Source of the DNA: Anthoceros angustus
Taxonomy: Eukaryota; Plantae; Anthocerotophyta
Assembly: GCA_010909165.1 (NCBI GenBank)
Contig: MU008225.1
Location: 62,001-126,000, forward strand
Direction: 5' to 3'
Length of the DNA: 64,000 bases
Below are positions 54,293 through 64,000 of this stretch, in pieces (within the stretch, counting starts at the first letter, position 1; every line of letters starts with the position of its first letter). The notes under the pieces are model-generated. The model did not search any database, was not told the DNA's origin, and was given only the letters and a program-made list of their open reading frames with translations. The translations under genes and the position numbers were made by a program.

Positions 54293-54751
54293 GGCGAACA
54301 TGTGTACCTATACAGGCACGAATCATGCTGCTGGAAGTGCTAGGCGCCGCTCGTGAATTGGAAACTTGTGTACCATGTGTATCTCAATTAACAAAACGCG
54401 ATACATCGTTACGATTTGGCTACAAGATGATAAGGCGTACCACAAGGAATGACTGCAAAGCGGAGCAGACCACCTACACAGGGTGCAAGATGTCCCTCGC
54501 GTAAATAATGCTCTCACCAGTCAGTCCTATCGCCCTCAGGTCCAGTACCTGCTTCAACACAAGCAAGCTATGTGCTTTCCTGAAAGCTGATGCGACGATC
54601 AGAGGATTCGATATGAACCTCAACTACGCCCGATTAAATACGTCTAGTGATGCTGAGTTGACGAGATAGGGCTCGATGACTACCAGACAAGCACACAAAG
54701 TATAAATATCTAGAGTGTACCTATTCACATTGTGTCGATGCCAAGCAGGGT

Positions 54752-55799
54752 TCAGGAAGCTGGCACTTCATCCTCATGGTACAGGTACAGGCCAAGACCA
54801 AATCGAGCACATGCTCGACGGAAGGCCATCCCTTCTGCTTTTTGCACAGGATCACCATACTCGACATCATCCAGTGACGCCGTCCCCGTGGATTCACGCC
54901 AAGCCTGTGCAGAATCAAAACATGTGAGGCCATACAGTTGCACCTTGACGATTCAAGTAAGAAAATTTTCACACAATTAACAAGAGGACAAATTACCTCC
55001 CCATCAGTTCCACGAAGAGTTATGCGGTACACAACAGATACTGACTTGCCATCTGGAGAAAGCAGTACGTTCCGCACCTCTCCACTCCAGCCTGCCACAC
55101 ATTTGCCATACAGATGAAGCTGTGTAACTAGCAGAACGAAAGCTAAGGTGCTGTAGAGCATGCAATACTCATCCTAGACCATCTAGCAAACTGAAGCCAA
55201 AGAAACGTGAGTGAATGATGCAGTGCATCGGCTATAATATGTACCAACAGATTTTCCACTGAAGTTGGAGGAAGAAAATCAACCTGGCGCATAGAAACTA
55301 AGCATACGATTCGCATGGTACCTGCACAACCGTGACACCCAGTAAGAATTCCCAGTCCAAACAGCCAGAGAAAACGTTGAAACCTAATTTCTCGTCTCCC
55401 GTGTGAGGCCTAAATCAAACCTGCATACCAGGGAATGTACTTGAGCTCGTGGCCGTCCTCATCCACCTTGACTTTGAGCACCTTGTCAGGTACTCTCTTG
55501 TTCATGTCTCTGAGGATCTCAGCCAGAGGCCGTGTGATGAAGGAGCTCTGCGGTTGTGCATCAATGGGGACGGCGTAGTGGCCGAACGCCTGGCCAATCT
55601 TGGAAGCCGCATCCTTGGTGGCCTTGACCGACAGGTGCCTAGCCTGCTCCTGGAAGGAAGCCCGGGTGAACATAGTCCTAGGCACCGCAGTGCCCCACAG
55701 ACTGCACGACAGACCCCCGGTGCCGCTAGAAGAGGGAGGCAGGGGCTTCACCCCCGCGCTCACCACAGACACAGGAGAGACGAGCCCCAACGCCTCCAT
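54752..55799 (-). CDS. Plant RAD52-like / ODB organellar DNA-binding protein, 4 exons
   Basis: ITRPLAEILRDMNKRVPD, YIPWYHANRMLSFYAPGWSGEVR, GDPVQKAEGMAFRRACARFGLGLYLYHED; resembles the RAD52-2 type. Confidence 0.93.
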
Positions 55800-56246
55800 C
55801 GGTTTCGTGTGCTTTCGAATGCGTGGCTACAGGGTGGAGCAATTTGTCACCCGAGTGTCGGACAGGCCTCAGAATCGTGTGCAAGCCAATTCATGCCGAT
55901 TGGCAGCGCAAGTGCAAGAAGCCCGGCAGATCTAGAGAGAGACGATTGCTTTTAGATTGACTGTGCTTGTTCGCACACTTGCCACGCCAATTCCGTAGTA
56001 TTCACTAATTGCTCGTATTTGCATCAAACAAATGCGGCAATGAACAATTCGAGCTACGTGTTGTCACCAATCGCATCTCATTTTCGAGTTACGTATGTTC
56101 ATGGCAAGCCGTACAGACGCCGCTAAGACCAATATGAGCTGGGAGCTAAAATAAATGAAATATACTGAATTGGTGATGACGAATACGAGCGGGCCCGATC
56201 CGGCCAAGCCACAATACATACTCTGCGAATGTATCTGAATCACGGC

Positions 56247-59200
56247 TTACTTTAAGTCAGTGGGAGCTCGTCTGTCTGGATCTGCGGGAGCGCTTGGGAA
56301 GATGAAAAGCTGGCTGCTGAGAGAAGAAGTGTGGAAAGTGGAGGAGAACCGGGAGGAAGTAAGTTTCACTTGGGGAAGCTGGTGCATACCTGAAGCAATG
56401 GGGACAAACCTATATGACAGGAGGTACGTGGAAAGGGGAAGAACAGAGAGCGAGTCAGTGTGAGGACCAGAGAATATGAAGCTCTGTGCATCTGTGACGG
56501 AGAAGCCAATGCCCTGAAGGGCAGTTGTCTGATTTTGGATTTTCAGGGACAAGGTGAATGGGACACCTAGCAGGGCGAAGGGAGGGCAATCCAAGGAGAC
56601 GAGCAGGGGGGGAGATTCCACAAGGACGGGGGCTAGCTGAACACTCTTTGCAACTGGTTTTGGGACAGGCTCCAAGGCTCCCGAGCTCACTGGCTCCCTT
56701 TTCCAGGTCACTACAATCTTGCCAGGATGGAGTCCTGGAGAGCACTCAAGTGGATGTACCCAGAAGAGTTGCGTGTACGTCTCCCCAGAATGTAGGAGCA
56801 CACCAGAAGAGGCATCCTCAGACGACCCTTCTCCAGGTTCTGATGCGGATTGATTTGATGATCTTGACTTCCTAACCAGGCAACATCTGGAGTCCCTCTC
56901 TTCCACCTCTATCGACAGCAGCCTTACTGGAAATGAACCTGAACTTTCGGCAGTTACCACCAAGATACTCCTCTCCTTCCAGGGGAGAGAGACTCTGGAT
57001 GTACTGCTTACATCATCTTGCAAGCCCTGGGGCATCAATGCATCACGCCTAAATGCACCCACATATCGGTAGCTGATTGACAAGGGGTCCTCACAAATGA
57101 TAGATAACGTCCTGTTCAATCTGATAGTTTGAGATGTCCCCTCAGCTGCATCTGACGCCTGTGCCTGATATTTTAAGGACACGTTCAACCCAAGATTTCT
57201 GGCCTCAAGGGACCTCAGCAATAGAACCGTTGACCATGATGCATTCACTTGAACAGGAGGAACAGTCAGAGACCCAGGGAAATTTTCAATCTTCCCAATC
57301 TTCTCAGCAGCACCCAAGGATTGGCTGTCATGACTTTCCCTTGACGATGAAGCAGGATCATGTTCAATCAGAACCTCAGCCGGAACAACACTCTGGTTAG
57401 AGGCGTCAGGTGATAGCCTTGTATTTCCAGACGATGGCAATGTAGTAAGGTAGACCTCCAACGCTCCAGAGAAGATAGCATGCCCTGTTGATTTGAGGCT
57501 GACATGAACAGGAAACTCCTCTCGGACCATAGAGGGACCCGAGGAAACACCGAAGTCCATCTGTACTAGAGGTTCAGGTTCCTCAACCTGGATAACCTTC
57601 TGCCCAAAAAATGCCAAAGTACTGTCCTTGATAGGCAAAACTTCCACTCCAGGCTCATAAATCCAAAGAGGCACTTCCTCCCTACTAGCAGCACTCTCCA
57701 CCTGGCACCGGATGCGTGCATGTGGTCCGACATAAGCAATAACTGCCAACAATTCAAGCTTGCCGCTTGTACCTGAAAACAAAGCATTCCAACCAAAAAT
57801 AAGTTTCTGCGGTAAATGGAGAATGTGAAGACAACGTGATACAAACTACTAAACCAGCCCACTTGGCATGAGAATGAACCACACTTACTTGGAGAGACAG
57901 AGACTACAAGTCTTTTCCACTTGTTTGGCTCCAATGCTAGATTGTACACTTCCTCCTTAAACACATCTTGAACCTGCACCTCTGAATTCCCAGAAATCCC
58001 AGATGCTGGACTGGAACTGGCCGAAGTCCGAAGAACAAAATTACACTCTGATTGATTAAATTGCACCTCCAGCCTCTCCACTTCAACCACCAGGGGCAGG
58101 TGGGTAAGCAAACAAAGTGTAAACTGTGTTGATTTTCCTGGTTTCACGCTTGACTCCTGAAATGCTGCACAAGCAGAGAGAACAGCTCTCAATGGGCTCA
58201 CCAAATCAATTTCAAGATTGACAGGCTTAGACTGATTCACAGCCAATCCGCTCTCTCCATCCCGAGCTGGGAGAACTGAGCTTTCCCCCCCCAAGAGACT
58301 AAAAACTTGTTTGTGAATTTGCACCCGCTGAAGATCAGTAAGTGGCCCTGCTGGGCCAACCTGGGGCCCAGATACAATCCTATGGCCTTCACCGGGTGAG
58401 CTCTTCGGAATCGGCAAGGATGCCAACTCAAGTGCATATTCCACATACTCCTTCAGCAAGCCAAGTTGGCGTGCACACTCTTGCAAGTACCCCAGGCTTG
58501 CCCCAAGAAGAGCAACCCAAGCCTCCTTTCGATACATTCCTGCCACACTATTGAAAAGTCTTATGGCATTTTCGTGATCTCTGGCATTAAAGTACTCTCT
58601 GCCCATCTCACTCCCAAGCTGATAGATCATCCTACTCGCTTGGATCAGCTTGTACTGCTCATGAGCTTTGGTGAGAAGGTCAATTGCTGCATGAGTGTGG
58701 GCAAATTTCTTCTCCACTGCTACTGCATGCCTCATGAACTCAGCTCCTGTAGGTCTGCACCACAAAGATATGACATACATGAAATAAGACCTAAAGACTC
58801 AGCCTTCACATTAAGCTGCTAGAACAGTTCAAGCCACAAGACCTATGTTTCACCACATTCTCACATTTGAGTGTCAAGAGTGTTGCCACGTCGCAGAAGA
58901 CGAGGAGCCTGTCCAACATAGAGAGGAGTGCCTATATCTTCTCGTGGACCTGCTAAGTAGTCCACAGCATTTGCCTCATCGAATGCCTCAAAAGTTGCAA
59001 TAATGGAGTCAAAACTCCGTTTTCTTTGTGACATGTAGGCTGCTGCCAGCTGTACCATGAAAGTCAGAAAACGTTGAGACCAGTGAGTTGTCAGAGCCTC
59101 AATATATAGCGAATGCGAGTCCACAAAAGTCGATCAACCATAAAAACACCGAGGGCATGAACAGACAAGTATAGATACCTGGTAGTAGTAGCCAGCTTGT

Positions 59201-61068
59201 AACTCACGCTCTGTAATAGGCGGCCCAGGTACTGTTGTGTTAGGAGCAGCTGCAGGACCAGCTGTGGAAAAGCTGTTCAGCAAAAGTTCTGCAAATACAA
59301 GGTACTGCTTGCTAACCCATGCCCAGTGCAAAAAAGCACCTTCGGGAGGTCCTACTAAGCGCTTGTACCAGGTCATATGCTGCTTAAACCACTTCACAGC
59401 CTCAGTCTCTTTGCCACTATGCAACAGTAAAGTAGAAACTTTGAAGTGGAGTTGCTCGGCAACAGCCTTCAACTCAACAATCCTTTGAACAGGCTGCAGC
59501 TCCATGGGCGTGGTTACCACCTGGGATCAAAATCCAGGATAAATTCTAGAATAAGTTGCTTGCAGACACGCAGCTGAAAATGGTCAGCACCCAATAACAA
59601 CTAGTTCACTGTGGATGAAACAAACAACAACTCAATGAAAACGCCAGCATTGACCAGTCACGTGCCAGAACTATGACAAATGATCTTGCTTGGCTACAAT
59701 TCCTAGTGTACATGAGGCCACATGGTAACCGTTTTCTTGTTCTGAAAAAATGAGGACTGCAAATTTGCCTGCTCACAGGGGGACTAAAGAACAGACCATA
59801 GATTCTTAACCTTAAATGATAGAGAAGCAGCACCTCCTGCAGGAGACTGTAGGCAGTTTCGTAGAACTTAAGGGCTGCCACCCAATCCCTCCTAAACTCA
59901 GCATATACAGCCACCTGATTGGGATATGCACTGTGAGGACATCGGAGAGAGAGAGCAAGACATTGAAAGTCATCATACTGTATCTCAAGAGACATCTCCT
60001 GTGCCTAGCAAACGCATCATTTATACCTTAAAGTTATAGCGTACACTGAGTTCCATAGAGCTGTAGGTCTTCTTTTCAATCCGCAATTTAACTCGTCGAC
60101 CTTCATCTCTATAGTAGCTTGACGCAAGTTCAGCCAACACGCTACCCAATCTGAAAGTTGTCACAAGAAGGGGCAACAAAATGAGACAGTAGATCCCACA
60201 GGGACAAACCACAGCAAGAAGCCCGAACATGCGTATAAGACCTGCCCAGTGACCGCTTGAGTTCATTGGGATCGTGACTGATGAAGGTGAGACAGTTCTT
60301 TGCATCCACTTCTGCTCTCTTCCTGAAAGCAGTCAACCGGTCCTCATTCACCTCACCTGCATAGGATAGGCCATTGCTGCAACAAGCATAAGCCCTCATG
60401 TTCACGCTAATCAAACTGCGAGGTTGAAAATGCTTTCAACGGAATTCACGAACCTTGATTCAAGTTGGGCTGAACAATTACCGCCAGCAGCTTGATATTC
60501 CTCCCTCGTATGACATTCCTGGAGATGGATGGACAACAGGACTTAGATGCGGCAGACTGTCAATAGCCCAGCAGCCTGCTGAACTCCTAGGACACATCAC
60601 TTATAGGATCTACACAAAAAAAAAGAGGCAGCGACCAGGAATTCTCTGCTGCACACCAGAGACTCGTTCCCTGGATAGGAATGAGCTCGTTCAACGAAAT
60701 GACCTGCCTGGTCTAGACACATACTTGATGCTGTCAAGGCTCGTGCAGACTTGCAGCCACTGAGTCGGATCTCCATACACGTGTTCGCGATCGAACAACG
60801 CTGCCAACACGGCTGGAGTTCTCGTCCGGTGTTTGAGCAACCAATCAGCTTTCAGAATTCCCACGGGTGGTGGCAGCCTGGCATCGACGGATTTCCTCTC
60901 CTTTCCTCCGATGAGGGACACCTTGGAGAACTCCGGAATTGCCAAGGTGTTGATGGGCGGCTGCTCCGTGTGCAGAAACAAGGAAATCGTGGAGTGCAGC
61001 TCAGGCACGCCAACCAGTGCTACTAGCGCCACAGGAGGCGTTCGCAGCTCGTCCGGGAACTCCTCCAT
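56247..61068 (-). CDS. TRAPPC11: Trafficking protein particle complex subunit 11, multi-exon
   Basis: MEEFPDELRTPPVALVAL, GILKADWLLKHRTR, KVAVYAEFRRDW, ELKAVAEQLHFK, WVSKQYLVFAELL, C-terminal FIFSGPH...SGMHQLP. Confidence 0.93.
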
Positions 61069-61163
61069 CGCGAATCCAACACTGCGCTCTGAGGAGTCCG
61101 ACACTTCTGAGCAACCGCACTTTAACCTGATGCTGTTGGGACCCCAAAAGCTCGCTCTCTCCT

Positions 61164-61171
61164 TAGGGTTT
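61164..61171 (-). promoter_or_regulatory. Telo-box (AAACCCTA) in the short divergent TRAPPC11/NDPK1 intergenic region
   Basis: tagggttt on the plus strand between the two start codons. Confidence 0.45.
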
Positions 61172-61315
61172 GTCCAAAACATGGAAATTTTGCAACACTA
61201 CTTCAAACAGTCTCTGACCTAAGCAGCTGCATCTCATTCTTGCAGCTTGCGGCAGTCCAATCCTCCCCCTCCCTGTCGTGCACGCCATTGCGTTCTTCTC
61301 TTCCCGGCAGGCACG

Positions 61316-62202
61316 ATGGTGGAATACACGTTCATCATGATCAAGCCCGATGGTGTGCAAAGAGGCCTGGTAGGCTGTCAGTGCAAGCCCCTGATCTTTG
61401 TTGTCTTCGGGCTGTTTCTGTTCACTGCTGCTTCCTCCTCACTCCGAAGATCTGCATGGATCTGGAACATTGAGTTTCCCTTGGATGTGGGAAGCTCGAT
61501 GTCCCCTTAGATGTAGGAAGCTCAATGTTCCCTTGGGTGTAGAAAGCTCTAATTTCTATACCTTGATGTCCTGAAGCTTTTTCTATGCTGCTCTTGTTAC
61601 GTACTGCAGGTCGGCGAGATCATCGCCAGATTCGAGAAGAAAGGCTTTTCTCTGAAAGGTGTGGCCTCTGCTGACAGTTTCAGGCACTGAAGCTGCTCAA
61701 ACAAGGTGATTGCATGTTGACATGGCTTACTAGAGGTGCTAACAGTCCGATTCGTGTTCGCAGCCTTGAAGTTGGTGAAAGTTGAGCGAGCTTTCGCCGA
61801 GAAGCATTATGCTGACTTGTCTGCCAAGCCTTTCTTCAAGGGTCTCGTGGACTACATCATCTCTGGTGTGGTGGTGGCCATGGTCTGGGAAGGCAAGGGC
61901 GTTGTTGCCACTGGCCGTAAGATCATCGGAGCTACTAACCCTGCGGAGTCCGCTCCTGGTACAATCCGAGGCGACTTCGCCATCGACATCGGAAGGTGAG
62001 CGATCAACTTTATTTTGTTGCATTTGTGGCAGCTGGATCATTTTCTCTTCAGTCCAACGAGACTCAGATTTCTCCACCTCCCCGCAGAAACGTGATCCAT
62101 GGCAGCGACGCCGTCGAGAGCGCCAAGAAGGAAATCGCCTTGTGGTTCCCTGATGGAGTGACAGAATGGCAGAGCGCATTGCACCCTTGGATCTACGAGT
62201 AG
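61316..62202 (+). CDS. NDPK1: Nucleoside diphosphate kinase 1 (cytosolic type), 4 coding exons
   Basis: [14 protein letters not shown]|[13 protein letters not shown]...[14 protein letters not shown]|NVIHGSD...HPWIYE*. Confidence 0.96.
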
Positions 62203-62895
62203 ATTAGGTAGCTGCAATACTTTTACTCTACTACAGTCGTGATCCTCCTGCCTGGTCGACTGGCTGACGGTCGTGAGATCTCTTCTGTACCGGGAAAATG
62301 CAGTTTTGCTTGGTGCACATCCCACCTTTTGGGTACGAGGATTGCCTTGAGTTCAAGTGACAGAAATTCCAAATCACTGTCCATCATTTCCTATTTCCTT
62401 CATTTCCTTCCATCCCTCAAATTTGTATTACCCACTATTCCCGTATTACCAACCTGAACTTCCTTGACAGGCAGTCGAAATTTTTTTGGGGCAGGACTGT
62501 AGGAGTGGAGACTGGCGAGGGTATGTGTGTCATGCGGTAAAGCATAACTGACGTATTATTTGATGTAGGACAATGCATCAACCGGATTTGAAGACATGAC
62601 GTGATAGCACGCATGGCGAAAGTTTTATGCAGTGACGAGTGGATAACTGACTGCGGAATTTATTGTGGTGGATATTATTCTGACAGGTTTTCCAGTCCGT
62701 TCGTTTTCAGGCCCGATGACCTTGTCTGCTTCTATCCAGGCATCTATGGCAGCTCCACGCGTGCTCAACGTCCCGGCAGCTCCAACATTCTGCTAAAGTT
62801 GGTGAGACACGCTGTGTGGTGTGGTGAAGAATTGTGTCGGCGAGCCCATAGCGAGAAATGTGGGCGCGTTCTAGTTCACTTGAATGTAGCATTCC

Positions 62896-64000
62896 ATGCA
62901 GGCACTGAGATTGTTCAGCCTTGGTGTGGCGAGGGACATCAGAGGCCTGGGAGCTGCAGCGGTGTCGCGAGAGGAGGGGGAAGCTATGGCGGGGTACGGG
63001 CGGCAGCTTGCGACGGAGGTGCACAATGCCGGGGGGAAGTTGAGGGTGGTGAGCACGAAGCCGATGCCGGGGAGCCGGTGGATTCGGGAGCTGGTGAATG
63101 CGGGATGTCGGGTGGAGGTTTGCACGGAGGACAAGACGATTCTGAGCGTGGAGGACGTGCTGCAGCTGATAGGCACGAAGTGTGACGGCGTGATCGGGCA
63201 ATTGACGGAGGACTGGGGGGAGACGCTCTTCTCCGCGCTGAGGAGGGCTGGAGGCCACGCCTTCAGCAACATGGCGGTCGGATACAACAATGTGGATGTG
63301 GAGGCTGCAACCAGGAACGGGATCTCGGTGGGCAACACCCCGGGCGTGCTGACCGAGACGACGGCGGAGCTGGCGGCAGCGCTCACTCTGGCCGCGGCCC
63401 GGAGGGTGGTGGCGGCAGACAGCTTCATGCGCGCGGGGAAGTACAAGGGATGGCTGCCATCGCTCTTCGTCGGCAACCTGCTCAAGGGCCAGACTGTGGG
63501 GATCATCGGGGCCGGGAGGATCGGGACCGCGTATGCCAGGATGATGGTGGAGGGATTCAAGATGAACGTGGTCTACTACGACCTCTACCAGTCCACCCGG
63601 CTAGAGAACTTCGTGACAGCCTACGGGAGCTTCCTCAAGAGCCAGGGGGAGGAGGCCGTGACATGGAAGCGCGCCAGCAATGTGGAGCAGGTGCTGCAGG
63701 AGGCGGACGTGGTGAGCCTGCACCCGGTGCTGGACAAGTCAACCTACCACCTCATCAACAAGCAGCGGCTGAGCCTGATGAAGAAGGAGGCGGTGCTGGT
63801 GAACGCCAGCCGGGGGCCCGTGATAGACGAGGCGGCTCTGGTGGAGCACCTGAAGGCTAACCCCATGTTCCGTGTGGGGCTGGACGTGTTTGAAGACGAG
63901 CCGCTGATGAAGCCGGGGCTGGCGGAGCTGGAGAACGCCGTGGTGGTGCCGCATATTGCTTCTGCGTCGAAGTGGACCAGGGAAGGCATGGCCACTCTCG
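62896..64000 (+). CDS. HPR: Hydroxypyruvate reductase / glycerate dehydrogenase (HPR1 type), intronless in the visible part, 3' end beyond the window
   Basis: Manual translation: RVVSTKPMPG, FSNMAVGYNNVDV, GNTPGVLTETTAELA, VGIIGAGRIG, NASRGPVIDE, GLDVFEDEP, PHIASASKWTREGMATL. It is absent from the ORF track because it has no stop in the window. In-frame ATGs at 62896 and 62986. Confidence 0.96.
   Translation, partial: MQALRLFSLGVARDIRGLGAAAVSREEGEAMAGYGRQLATEVHNAGGKLRVVSTKPMPGSRWIRELVNAGCRVEVCTEDKTILSVEDVLQLIGTKCDGVIGQLTEDWGETLFSALRRAGGHAFSNMAVGYNNVDVEAATRNGISVGNTPGVLTETTAELAAALTLAAARRVVAADSFMRAGKYKGWLPSLFVGNLLKGQTVGIIGAGRIGTAYARMMVEGFKMNVVYYDLYQSTRLENFVTAYGSFLKSQGEEAVTWKRASNVEQVLQEADVVSLHPVLDKSTYHLINKQRLSLMKKEAVLVNASRGPVIDEAALVEHLKANPMFRVGLDVFEDEPLMKPGLAELENAVVVPHIASASKWTREGMATL

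Noticed and set aside
61476-61550. ~26-bp x3 repeat in the NDPK1 intron
   Set aside because: Ordinary short intronic tandem duplication with no further structure.
62601-63995. ORFs 62601-63185(+), 62707-63258(-), 62871-63560(-), 63450-63860(+)
   Set aside because: Off-frame or antisense shadows of the GC-rich HPR CDS.

Overview
Eukaryotic plant nuclear DNA. Short introns, dense genes and a DYW:WW-like PPR gene suggest a non-seed land plant such as a hornwort or lycophyte (inference). The left half (1 to ~32 kb) is a nested retroelement block. It is dominated by a non-autonomous Athila-like Ty3/gypsy family with a tRNA-Asp PBS, gag and an integrase remnant, but no RT/RNase H. Its LTRs are ~5.6 kb and each carries its own TATA-driven accessory ORF plus clustered CCTACC(A/G)(C/T)GGTAGG palindromes. 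The family occurs as a minus-strand tandem (internal-LTR-internal-LTR) and as a plus-strand LTR inserted in a decayed Ty1/copia element, followed by an N gap with duplicated flanks. The right half holds two TA-flanked MITEs, a 3-exon small secreted-peptide candidate, RPS30, a decayed Sola-like transposase and a solo LTR. It then becomes a compact gene run: PLS-class PPR, clan-71 P450, organellar GluRS, EngB GTPase, RAD52-like, TRAPPC11, NDPK1 and an intronless hydroxypyruvate reductase running off the end. Many frameshifts in the repeat half look like long-read consensus errors. All coordinates and exon calls were made by eye.
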